From NCBI RefSeq assembly GCF_000143415.4, contig NW_003314285.1:1019370-1083369 (forward strand): DNA of 64,000 nt, written 5' to 3'. The notes beneath the pieces were generated by a model. The model was not told the origin of the DNA and ran no database searches. It saw only the letters and a program-made list of their open reading frames with translations. The DNA is from Selaginella moellendorffii (lineage: Eukaryota; Plantae; Lycopodiophyta). The translations under genes were made by a program, and so were the position numbers. Positions 44,552-56,017 of this stretch are shown here, piece by piece. Each line of letters starts with the position of its first letter. The first letter of the stretch is position 1.

Positions 44552-47226
44552 TCCGAGTCTGAGTCCCAGTCCCAGTCCCAGTCCGTGAAAGCCCAAAGCA
44601 TTCGTCTCTCAGACCCTAGGGGGTTTGGTGAGCTCCAAAAGTATAGTAAGGGGGAGGACTCCAGTGGAGCCAATTTGGCCAGGAAAGGCCAGTTTGGCCC
44701 AGGAAGGCTAGACCCAGTGTTGGGTGATGATTTGACCACTAGGAAGTCCAAGACTAAAGTGAATACAGACCGACAAGCGGGGTAATTTGGTGAAGTGTTC
44801 AAGAGCCGGCTCTAGTTCTCCTGGGAGATCGACTGGCCAATGCTCCCAGTCCAAATGTGGGTGGCACTACCTACTTGGATACCTGGCATGGCTCAACGGA
44901 ACCTCGCTCTAAGCCCATGGCTAGAGCACCTAAAGGCAAAAGGTGGGGAGAGTACCCATGGGGCTCGTGTAGGGCCACGGTGTTCCGAAATGTTGTCCCA
45001 AAGTCCCAAACTGGGGAAAGGAGGAGGAGCAGTCCTCTAGTGTAGTGACTAAGGATACAGTCATATGGTGAGGAAGTCCCAGAGGACAATGGGACTTAGT
45101 GGCCGGGCCTGCGGGCCTTAATCTAGTGGCAATGTTGGCAAACATGGCCATGGACAAAAAAGGGACTTGGTAGGAATTGACAAAGGGATATTGGGAAGTC
45201 TATTCCCCATGTTTGTGGGCATCCTAAAGATGCTAAGGAGTGGATCTGGGAAGACCACTCGTGGACGGATGGCCCAATCTTGGAGAGATGGGACTGTGAT
45301 GCAAGTGGTATTGGACCATCAGTGCAGCAAAGGTGAATGGGCATGGCTTTAGCGTAATAGGCTGAATTGTCAGTGGTACCTTTAGGTGTCGGTCATGGGA
45401 CTAGACACGTGGAGCACTTGCACCAAGTGCAATAGTTGAGTGGCATGGATGCCATTCTTGGGGCTAGCAAGCCCCCAAGTCTGGAATAGGACTTATGGAG
45501 GTTGTGAGTGAGACTTCTCCAAGTGGTCAGAGGTGTGGTTAAATGACTAAAGTAGAATGGAAAATTTAGTCGCTTACAACCTAGTATCGGAGCTATTCCT
45601 TAGTCTGACTTTTATTAGTGCTCAAGTATATCACCATTGATATTGGCATCAGAAGGTCCTAGGAGTGGGCCTATCCTTGAGGAGTAGCATGTCGAAAGGA
45701 CATGGCTCTCCACTCAAGTTCATGCGCGAACTTGGGCGCGATATGGTGGATAGGAAAGGGGCCAGTAAGGGAATGACTTTGGGATCTTGAGAACAGTATA
45801 AAGGTTTCCTTAGAGAGTTGAGGATGTGATCCAGATGAGTGTTTGACGTAGCCAATTGGCTAATGTAGTTGTGGTAAACAACTATAGTTGGGATCACATG
45901 AAAGATAGAGACTCCAAAACAATAAAGGAGTCACAAGATTATCCTCATATAGTTGAGGTTGATGCTCATGAATGTGAGATCAGAAGTAATGACCGCGGGA
46001 GGTCAAATACGGAAAAGGACATGAGTCCTTGAAATGGTAGCTGTAGCTACCTTTGATAAATGCTTGAACAACCCAATAAGTTGGGGGTGTACTAAGAGGA
46101 TGAGTTGGTATTCTCATCACATGGACAAGTGGTCCTAAGAGGCAAAAGGTTGCCCCAAGAGAACAAATCAAGTGTCTGAGTAACACTTGTAAAGATAGTT
46201 CTGGTGAGTAGGACTTGAATATAAGAAGTTGTATTCCAGTGAGTTGGCACCTCAAAGGTAGGACCTCATGGGTTGTCGGATGAAGCTAAATGACTCAAAT
46301 AGAGTCAAAGAATAATCCTAAAGGATTGATGGAAGCATTTGGACTGAGGTGTGTTATAACCCACGAAGGATGGGGGGGATCATAAGATCCAACGATGAGA
46401 ACAGAGGGTATCTCATCGATGGCAGAATAGGCTATGCTAAAGTCATGAGAAAGGTGTTCCCCAAAAAAGAAAGCGAGTTGTGTGTGAACACTATGGTACA
46501 ATACTAACTGATAGTTGGCATGAAAAATGACTGCTTTGGTCTTGGCAAAGACCTAGACACAAGTAGGGAACCTCACTCTAAGCCCATGGCTAGAGCACCT
46601 AAAGGCAGAAGGTGGGGAGAGTACCCACGGGGCTCATATAGAGCCACGGTGTTCCGAAATGTTATCCCAAAGTCCCAAACTGGGGAAAGGAGGAGGAGCA
46701 GTCCTCTAGTGTAGTGATTAAGGATACGGTCACATGGTGAGGAAGTCCCAGAGGACAATGGAACTTAATGGCCCCTTTGTCAATTCCTAACAAGTCCCTT
46801 TTCTGTCCATGGCCATGTTTGCCAATACTGCCACTAGATCAAGGCCCACAGGCCCTATATTTGTAAGCATCCTAAGGATGCTAAGGAGTGGATCTGGGAA
46901 GACCACTTGTGGACGGATGGCTTAGTCTTGGAGAGACGGGACTGTGATGCAAGTGGTATTGGACCACTAGTGCAGCAAAGGTGAATGAGCATGGCCTTAG
47001 CGTAACGGGCTGAACTGTCAATGGTACCTTTGGGTGTCAGTCATGGGACCAGACACGTGGAGCACTTGGACCAAGTGCAACGGTTGAGTGGCACGGATGC
47101 CATTCTTGGGGTTAGCAAGTCCCCAAGTCCGGAATAAGACTTATGGAGGTTATGAGTGAGACTCCTCCAAGTGGTCGGAGGTGTGGTTAAGTGGCTAAAG
47201 TAGAATGGAAAATTTAGTCGCTTACA
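43866..47226 (+). mobile_element. Internally deleted LTR element H (5' LTR 43866-45578, non-coding interior, partial 3' LTR 46567-47226)
   Basis: Direct repeat 44898-45578 vs 46567-47226, both ending GCTTACA. PBS variant TAGTATCGGAGC at 45582-45593. Imperfect TSD TTACA/ATACA; E integrase resumes after 47226. Confidence 0.8.
44095..44586 (+). repeat. Compound tandem repeat (GAGATGGAGTCC-type 12-mers grading into GAGACC/GAGCCC/GAGTCC 6-mers) in the H LTR
   Basis: Directly visible periodic sequence. Confidence 0.9.
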
Positions 47227-48950
47227 ATACATTTTTAAAATTACCTTAAGGATGGTCTTCTTTATTTTGTGGGGATAGATCTTGATGATCATTTATAGTT
47301 GGTGCTACCTTCGATCTTTATTCCACTCTTTTTGCATGCTTATTATGATTCTCCTATTTTAAATAGGCATATGGGATATTGTCGTGGACCGATAAGCTGC
47401 ACTAAGTTTTTCTATTAGCCAGATATGCGACGTGATGTTATCTAGTATGTGTGTAGCTACATTTAGTGCTAAGCTCGTAATACTTTCTTTCATAATTTGG
47501 AAGGACAATTGGAGTCAATTGCAATTTCTTGTTGTTTGAGTTGGTGGCATTTAATCTAATGGGGCATTTTTCCATGGTTAGCTATTGGCAATGAGTATGT
47601 CATTATTGTTTTTTACTATTTGACTTGTTGGGTGAAAGTTGGTGCTTTTACTAGTGCATTTGCCACTGCTATTGGTTACTTCCTCCTTAATCGAGTGGTG
47701 TTTTAGTATTCTTGTTCGGAATGAATTTTTTCGGATAATGGTCCTATATTTATGGCTAAGGCATTTCATGTTTTAATGTCTTGGTTGGGGATATGCCACA
47801 CTTTTACGAGTGTTTATCATCCACAGTCAGATGGTTTGGTGGAATGACTTGTTCAAACTTTCAAAGGGAGAATAGCAAAGTATATGAATTTTCAACATTC
47901 GAATTGGGATATTATTTGCTATCTCTTTGGTATGCATATGTCACAAGGGTGCAAAATTTTGTTGGTGCTTCACCATATAAACTCCTATATAATTATGATC
48001 CAATACTACCAATAGAGTTGAGTTTACCTTCGCGATTGCTATAAGCTGTTGATGTTATGTCTTGGAATTAGTATTTGATAAGCATTCTTCTACTTATCCA
48101 AGTAGAGTTTGTTGAACATTTGGGTTGCATACAAGTGGGACAACAACAATGTTATAACTCCCATCGTCATCCACTTTCGAAATATAAAGTGAATGATTTG
48201 GTGTTAATTACATGGTTTGTCTAAGAGGCTTTTTACTCAATGGAAGGGACTGTATCATATGTTACAGCAAGTTGGATTACAAGTTTATAAGGTTTAGCAT
48301 AATGTCTAACAAGTTAATCCTCTAGAAATTATGCATGTGCAACGGTTAAAACATTTTATATAAAAGGATCAAGAACAACTGACACCACTTATAAATCCAC
48401 TAATGCCACCTCCCGATATTCCTCTAAATCTTATTCATAAGAGAACTCTAACTATCTTTCACCATTCTGAAGAAGGGGATAATGTGAGTTTTAAGTCTAT
48501 GGTTACAATATTATATACAAATATTAACATAATGGGATTTTGGTAATTGTCAGATTGATTTAAATTTGACTTTTATATATAAGCTAAGGTTTTTAAGCTA
48601 ATTTTTCTATATTCTCTTTCCATATTCCATGCCCTCACATGTTTATAATATAAACTTTCATTTGATGAATTGGATTAATAAATAGGAATAACATTACTAA
48701 TAAACAAACTAAGCAACACATAGCAAATTATTTTCTTTTGTTATAAAAGATTAATAAAGCTAAATAAAAAATTAATTAATTTCAAGAATTCACTAAAAGT
48801 GTAAATGCAGGCTTGCTTAGAGGTAACAAACTCCGCAGGCTAAGATAATGGTCTGATCAATCAGGAAGAGGAGAAATCATGCCTGAGAGATTCGAACTCC
48901 CCCAGTAACCACTCTGAACCGTGCCGTAAGTTTTAGGGTTTCAAGCTCAA

Positions 48951-49888
48951 ATGGCTGGGTATGGAGGAGGGCGGGATTATGGCTACTACGGCTACACTGC
49001 CCATGCCACATCGAGCTGGTCGGGATTGAGCGCCGCATTCTTCTCCTCAATCTCGGCATTCACTGGAATCTTTCTCATCCTCTCCTTCTTGTCACTCGGA
49101 ATAGGTGAGGAGTCGCTCTCGCAGCTCACTTTTCTTTCTCACGAAGCTATTCAGCCGCCGGATTGTTCTATCTTGCGGAGGTTGCGGAAGAACACACGCA
49201 GCTAACAAGAAAGATCATCGGCATCTCGATTAAGGTGAGACGAATTCGAGCTAGAGAAACACTGAAGATTGTTGTTTGTTTCAGGGAATTCTAGCTATCT
49301 ACGTTCTACTCTTTGTTGTGGATGGCCTCCCGTTTTTTTGCGTTCTTTCTGGAATTGGAGCTCACGTACTATACTATCAGCTTCTAAAGACGTATCCGAT
49401 TGTTGATCCAACTTCAAATATTTTTCTCGGGAGCTCGGGTGAGCCGCGTCATGCTCAGAGCTCGTTGCTCAAACAACTTTGTTTTCGTGTATGTTTTGCA
49501 GGTGCTGGCGCTCTAAGTGTAATAATGTGGAGTCGATTTTTCCTACAGCATCCACGATGTGCATATGTTACTCTCGGCTGGGCGATCGGTTTCATGGCCG
49601 TCACCGTCTTTTTTGTGCCGTTTCTCTTTCTCATCTCCCTGACGACTTCTTCGCAATCGTTGCCTCACGTATCAAGCTCCAGTCGTGCGTATCCTTACTT
49701 CTCTTAGCTTGCACGGTGCAAGGTTAATGTTTTCTTTCTTTCTTTTTTTTTCTCCAGATCCTCAAGCGTCCTCATCAGGCTTCCTTGGAAAGAAAAGAAC
49801 CACCGCTGTTTCGTCGTTATTTAGATTTCTGACTGATAGACGAGATCAGGTGCTACCAACAGCCTTACCTCGGCCGAGACAGGCTTAA
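48951..49888 (+). CDS. Erv26/SVP26/TEX261-like transmembrane ER-Golgi adaptor, multi-exon
   Basis: LSLGI|AAGLFYLAEVAEEHTQLTRKII...LLFVVDGLPF...AHVLYYQLLKTYP...FFVPFLFLISL; GT-AG introns. Confidence 0.85.
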
Positions 49889-50382
49889 GCAACAAAAGAC
49901 TGCAGTGTACAGATACTGTAACTCTCTCGTTTTTTTCCTTTCACAGATCATTTGTGTTTTTGTGCGTTCTTTTCGAGGAAGACAAAGGTTGCAAGTTCTA
50001 TTCTTAATTCGAAAGCGACTGTTGGAAGCTCGGTATTTGCCATGGTTTCGGCGAGCATTCATTGTCCCGTATAGCGGTGACCACTAGTCTACTAACTTTT
50101 TTTTTCTTTCAGCTCAGCTAGCTATCAGCTGAGAAACAGCTGGTTGGTCTAAGAGGTCTTTCAATCCAGGGTCCCAGAACACATTGATTCTCAGTTTGAA
50201 GTTTTCAGCTAAGCAGCCTCACACGCGGTGTTTGGCTTGGAGAGTTATGACTCTGAAGACTTCGTGCTGTAAGTCTTTAAATTCAATGCTGCTGCGCTAC
50301 TAATATCTCTGTAGGTTCATGGCTTTCTCGACGACACCAGAGATATGTTTGTGCTCTCCTCCAAGCTAAACAGGCAGCAGCG

Positions 50383-51606
50383 ATGGTGGCGGTAAGCTCT
50401 TTCTTTTTCGGGGTTCTTACGTGTAGTATCGGAGCCGCAGAAGCTCAGCAGCAGGCTAGAAAGCACGGGCCTGGTAGTAACTCTACGCAAGTTCCCAATG
50501 GTGACAAGGATGGCCTCCCGGCAGCCAGCATTGCTGCCGGAGTGCTGTCCCTGATCGTTGTGGGAGGTCTCTTACTGGTGGCAGCTCTAATCTTCATAAA
50601 GCAGCGCTTTCTCGATCCAAGAGCCAAGGCTTCGACGACAGCAGCTTCGATCATCTCTGCACCAGGATCACCTCAGCTTGTCCAGTTTTCCTTCAAAGCC
50701 ATCGTTGCCACCACCCGGAACTTCAGCGACAAGATCGGAGCTGGAATTCTCGGCTCCGTCTACAAAGGAGTTTTTCCGGACAGCGAGACGGTGGTCGCCG
50801 TGAAGAAGCTCGAGATAAACACAAGCGACAGGGACTTCCGCAACTGCGTCTCCGAGATCGGTTTCTTGTCTCACGACAGCCTCGTCCAGCTCCACGGCTT
50901 CTGTGCGGACTGTGGCCCCGACAACAAAATGCTCGTCTACGAGTTTCTTTCAAATGGTTCGCTGGACAAGTTGCTCTTCGAAGACTCGGAGGACAACCGG
51001 CTCGACTGGAAGTTCCGGTTTGACACAGCCCTCTCGATCGCTCGGGGCGTCGCACATCTCCACCAGCAGCAGGTTCCAGTGATCCACGGCAATCTCAAAA
51101 CAGAAAACATCCTTCTGGACAAGAACTTCCAGCCGAAAATCTCCGACACCGGCCTGGGCTTGCTCGTCGACAGGAGAAAAATCAAGACGGCTCTGAGCAG
51201 CGGCCGAGTTCACGGATACTTCTCCCCAGAGTGGATTGCCGACTCGCCTCTCACGACCAAGACCGACGTCTACGGCTTTGGGATGATCCTTCTCGAGATA
51301 ATTGGTGGCCGGAGGATCCTCGACTTGAGCCAGAAGTCGGAGCAGTGGAACTTCGTGGACTGGGTTTCCAAGCAGGTGAAAGCCGGCAACTACGTCGGGG
51401 TCGCGGATCCCCGGTTGAGTAGCATCGATCTCGAGCAGCTCCGGAGAGGGATCGACGTTGCGGTGTGGTGCATCCAAGACGACGCAAAGTCGAGGCCGTC
51501 CATTGCTAAAGTTGTCGAGGAGCTGGAGAAAGTTTTGGTGATTGAGGCTACTCCTGCGAGAAAGAAGAGGTCCTACGGGCAGCTGCAAGAGATAGAAGCA
51601 TCGTGA
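50383..51606 (+). CDS. Receptor-like kinase (SD-2-like kinase domain, tiny ectodomain), probable pseudokinase; 5' structure uncertain
   Basis: TM segment, VAVKKL, HGNLKTENILL (no catalytic Asp), DTG instead of DFG, GYFSPEW, KTDVYGFGMILLEII. Confidence 0.88.
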   Translation: MVAVSSFFFGVLTCSIGAAEAQQQARKHGPGSNSTQVPNGDKDGLPAASIAAGVLSLIVVGGLLLVAALIFIKQRFLDPRAKASTTAASIISAPGSPQLVQFSFKAIVATTRNFSDKIGAGILGSVYKGVFPDSETVVAVKKLEINTSDRDFRNCVSEIGFLSHDSLVQLHGFCADCGPDNKMLVYEFLSNGSLDKLLFEDSEDNRLDWKFRFDTALSIARGVAHLHQQQVPVIHGNLKTENILLDKNFQPKISDTGLGLLVDRRKIKTALSSGRVHGYFSPEWIADSPLTTKTDVYGFGMILLEIIGGRRILDLSQKSEQWNFVDWVSKQVKAGNYVGVADPRLSSIDLEQLRRGIDVAVWCIQDDAKSRPSIAKVVEELEKVLVIEATPARKKRSYGQLQEIEAS

Positions 51607-51766
51607 ACAGAAGAAAAAAGACGATGCGAAGAGAAAGAATGTTTCTTTGCTTTCCTTTGTGGTGTTTCTTTCTACACGAAGATATAAATCAGCCATCTTC
51701 GTTTTTCTTGCTCTTGTCCATGAAAGTGTAAATGAATGAATGGAGAGAGACTCGTCTTTGTTCTTG

Positions 51767-53138
51767 TCAGTCTTTGTGTAACGCCTCCAGGAAAGCGTCC
51801 TGGAGGTGTGAATTCGTGGCCGCGATTCTCTGGGACATGAGCTCCAATGGCCCTCCCGACCTGCATTAAAACCAATCACGTTAGCGAAAAAAAAAAAAAA
51901 ACCGAAAGCTTTTCTCTTTTCTTTTTCCACTTACGGATCAAACACACGCCCTCCGGCTTCTTGCAAAATCACAACTCCTGCCGTGATATCCCTGCAAGGA
52001 AAAACGATCGTATCAAGCAAGTGATCGAGAAAAAGTTGTCTTTGCACTCACCAAGGGCCTCCGAATCCCAGCTCGTAGAAGATATCCAGCCTTCCACAAG
52101 CGACACCGCACAGGTTGAGCGCACAAGATCCGGTCATGCGCAGGGAGCGAATCTGCGAGACACGAGAACTCATCCTTTAAGACCAGTGGAAAGAAAACGA
52201 GGAAAAGACGTAAACTTCGCAGTCACCTTATAAAGAAGGTTGTTGATCCTGTCAGTGGTTTCGTCCACAGTCGCTTTGTCTCGCTTCGTTCCAACCTGCA
52301 AAAGCAAGGCAAAGATTAGAAAAAAAAAAAGTAAGAAGGAGCAAATCAAACCTCTGTGGCAAGCAAAGCCTTATAAATCTCGTCCTGAGATGATGCAGTG
52401 ATTTTGCTGCCATTGAGAAAGGCACCTCTTCCTTTGACAGCGGTGAAAAGCTACGGAAAAAACCAAATAGGAAATGAGAGAGATTACTTTGTAGTTTCTG
52501 TGCGTACCTCGTTCAGTATGGGATTGTAAACAACTCCGACCGAAGGTACCTTCCCAATCGTGAGGCCGATCGAAACGCAGACAAAAGGAAATCCGTGCAC
52601 AAAGTTTGTGGTGCCATCCAGCGGATCAACAATCCACGTTGGCTCGTCGGTTAGCTCCGCGGTTCCATTCAAAGCCGAGGTTTCTTCGCCGATAAACTAT
52701 GAAGAACTCGTGAGAATTTTTTTCATGGAACAAAGGGAAGTTGTAAAGTCGAGAGGGCTTGCCTTGTGATCCGGGAAATGCTTTTGCAAGAGCTCAAAAA
52801 TAAGCTTCTCGCAAGCTTTATCCGTCTCTGTTACCAGATCCACCTTTCCTTTATGCTCTACATTCTTGTGGCTGTGAAAGCTACCAGCGATTATCTGCAG
52901 AAAAAAACTTTTCAGTGAGAAAAAGAGGAACTTTACAAAGGATGAATCGACCTGGCCGGCTTGCTTTGCGGCATCCACAGCGATCTCCAAGAAACCATCC
53001 AATTCATCTAGAAAGACCACAAAATCAAAGCACTATTCGATCAGCCAAGAAGGAGAAGCGATCTAAAAGTCATCTAGAATCGAAGGAAACGAAGAAATGA
53101 TCTAGAGAAACGAGCAAACCTTCACGAATAACGCCCAT
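51767..53138 (-). CDS. VTC4: Inositol monophosphatase / L-galactose-1-phosphate phosphatase, many short introns
   Basis: [57 protein letters not shown]...EAGG, QRIAATN. Confidence 0.9.
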
Positions 53139-53369
53139 TGCGCCTTTCGTCCCAGTTACAAATGAAAAACCTGTGAATAAACCCTAATATATGTATTAAA
53201 CCCCCTTTTCAAAATAACCTTTATGTGGTGGAGGCATATCCAAGGATCTGGTTATTCGGGATACCTTTCCCAAATAGCGATTCGAACCAACGACCGGCTA
53301 CTTTTTGGCGGTTTTTTTGAAAAACCCTAAAAGCTTTTTGGGGGAGAAGCAAATTTAGATCCCGAGGCC

Positions 53370-53806
53370 ATGGCGGACGAATCGTGCCGCGATTGGGAAG
53401 TTCTCACCATGTCCACCGCCTCGATCGATCCCAAGAGCTCGGCCGCTCCAACTAATTCCAGTGATTCTAAACAGCAGCTGGGAGAATCGGAGGACAAGAG
53501 CAAGGCGAGCAAGGAAAAGGAGGAGCTTACAGTGGGTATGGCTGCCTGGTTGCAGCGGCAATCCTCAGAGATTGTCTTGCGCGCTCGCCAATCCAATCCG
53601 CTACTGTCTCTAGCAGTCGCGGCCGCCGCAGTGGTGGGTCTCGTGATTTTGGGGCGGGGATGGCATCGCGAGCGCTGTGAGAATCGGCTGCTAAGATCAC
53701 AGCTCGGCACGGTAAGGATTCTTTGCAAAAGCCTTTTTTTTGGTTTCTCAGTCTCTTTTCCCTCCATTTGCAGAGAGTTATAACCATTGAACTCTCGGAC
53801 TTCTAG
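53370..53806 (+). CDS. Small ATG8-interacting protein (ATI1/2)-like membrane protein
   Basis: N-terminal WEVL AIM-type motif; AWLQRQ...NPLLSLAVAAAAVVGLVILGRGWHRER resembles the ATI TM region. Intron 53712-53773. Confidence 0.65.
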
Positions 53807-53870
53807 GAGCTTTTCTTCTCTTTTCTCTCCGAGCATGAATCAGGAAAGTTTCTCAAAGTTTTCTCGATTC

Positions 53871-55188
53871 TCACCAAAACCACTGCAAGTTTGCGCCCAC
53901 GGCTTTGACATTGCTTGACACGAGCGGCATGTAGCCGTAGCGAGCTGCTAGAAAATTCACGCACACCGTGCGATGGACATCGTGGCCTTTCAAGCTGCTG
54001 ATCCCGCTCGATCCAATCTCGTAGAGTTTTCCTGGAAAGAAAGAGAGAGAAAAAAACAGTTTTTCTCACAGCTGAATTTGCGAGAAGCAAAACCTTACCT
54101 TTCACCCAGATCGGAGGAGCGTTTGTCAAGTTCGCGACCATGAAAGACATGGCAATGTCCTCGCAGTTCCTGGAAGTGAAGAACATCAAGTAAAAGAGCG
54201 TTTCTTTTCGTTCGCTTACCTCTGGTTTGCGACATACTCCCGTATGGAAGCGGGCATTTGGAGCGTGTAGTACTCGAGATACTTGTGATGGAGAAATGCC
54301 GCTTTCGTAAGAACCATGCTGTAGGTCCCCATCCACCAAACGGACCACCAGCCTCCATACGTAAAAGTCGGCTGCTCCGGCCGGAAAGTTGGCGAGATTT
54401 GCTTCCAGTTGTTCTGCAAGATCAAGGAGCACGCAAAGTGAAACTTCCATCAGAAGCGCCAAAGAAAAATCACATCTTTACCTTCAATCGTGCCCAGTGC
54501 ATCCGTGGCACGAAACCGACCATGCTATCAGGAGCGCTCAGCCACACCCGGAAAGATAACTCCAGAGTCGTGCAAGGGACCAGAACGTCGTCGTCGATGG
54601 AGAAGATCCCGTCGGTGGTGACGCCGTCGAGCGGCTTGAATCTGTTGTTGAGGTTGTCCTCGTCGTTGATGTCAATCCGGAGCTCCAGCTCGGGGTTGTT
54701 CTTGGCGGCGCGGATGGATTTTTCCAGCGCCGCTAGCAGCGACTCCGAGGGCGGCTCGCTCTCGCTCCACACCACCCGGATCGCATCCACGCCGCGGCAC
54801 GATGCGTAGTGGGCCACGGATTTTCGCAGGAGATCGTAGCGCTTCCATGTGTTGATGAGAACCGTGTAGCGATGGTGCCTGGAAATCAAAAGTGAGTCAT
54901 AGGCAACAGTGAAGAACCAAAGTTTGAAAAGGAAAAGACGAGCTTTTTTTCGTACCTCGAGACGAGAAGAAAATTCGCCTCGTCTTGGTCCCAACTCACA
55001 ATCGCTATCGACCGGCTGATAACCAAGAAGATCAAAATCAGCATCGAGATCCCGAGAAGAAGCCTGGATCTCCAAGAGGAAATGCTGTAGAACCAGGCGA
55101 GAGGGGATCTCCAGTAACGAGAAGAGGAGGAAGCTGGTCTTCCAGCTTTCACCAGCACCTTGTGATCTCTCGCCACCAAGGAACTCAT
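53871..55188 (-). CDS. EPC1: Glycosyltransferase family 64 (EPC1-like), multi-exon
   Basis: Type II TM, YTVLINTWKRYDLL, LNNRFKP, FSIDDD, MVGFVPRMHW, YSMVLTKAAFLH, RNCEDIAMSF, C-terminal QWFW. Confidence 0.85.
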
Positions 55189-56017
55189 CCTGCTGCCACT
55201 GGCGGCAATGGCAGAGGTGGCGGCGATGGTGGTGGCGACGGTGGTGGTGGAGCAAAACAAAAACTCCGTCCCATACAGACTGGCCAGAGGAGTGTGCCAC
55301 TGAGCCAGCCAGTGGCGACAAGTCACATTAGACTTTCTTGTACGAAAGAGCAGTGGATCAAAAACTTCGGTCCATGCACGGACGCCAAGAACACACAAGA
55401 CACCAGCAAAGAAAAGAAAGATTAGAAGCGAGAAAGGCACAGAGAAGGAAGAAGAACTATTCGCTCAAACTCCCTCGCTCGCTACAGTCGGGGAATCACT
55501 CATTGGAACACTAGACAGCACTAAAAGGGAAAAACCCTCCCCCGCCTCCTCTAGATTCTTTGTGGGATGGATCGATTAGATCGATTAGATCGATTAGAAA
55601 CACATAAAGAAATCAAGGTCTACCTCAATGACCTCACCGCGGTCGCATTCATCGCGAAAGAGAGGAAAAGAAAGCACTGATCCCCGGGAAACTGACAAAC
55701 AGCAGCTCCTCCACTGGGACTCTCCAATTTGTCAGACGCACAATCGAGCAGCCGATGGCGATCTGGCGATGGCGACACAAAATCGCGAGAAAAATCCACC
55801 TGGGGTTTGTGCTTATCGGCCAAATAGCCCTAAAAACTGCCTTAGGGTTTATAGAAGAATTGCGGATTTAGGCGCTGTAACGGATGGACGCCTGCGCTTC
55901 CCGCTTCTTTCCATTTTCAAATTCCAGCCCGCATTTTAGGGTTCTTATGGTCACTGGTTTCTAGCGTTTTCCTTTCTTTCTTTTGCCTATTAAGATCCGG
56001 GCGCTCGCGAAAGATCA

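Larger units (their letters stand above)
33144..48639 (+). mobile_element. Old degenerate Ty3/gypsy element E hosting insertions G (with F+K) and H; 5' boundary uncertain
   Basis: Gag remnant 33144-33430 (LQGMALQWY). RT remnant ~34050-34840 resumes at 43210 (APPVLAYPNYTQLF, RNase H); integrase remnant 47230-48370. PPT gaagaaggggataa ~48469-48482 followed by TGTGAG...CTCACA 48483-48639. Confidence 0.75.

Noticed and set aside
43854-44802. Overlapping GL-, SP- and ET-repeat ORFs
   Set aside because: By-products of a 6/12-bp tandem repeat inside an LTR. Not a CRISPR array either, since there are no unique spacers.
48825-48845. AACTCCGCAGGCTAAG similar to part of 5S rRNA
   Set aside because: Too short, with no flanking match.
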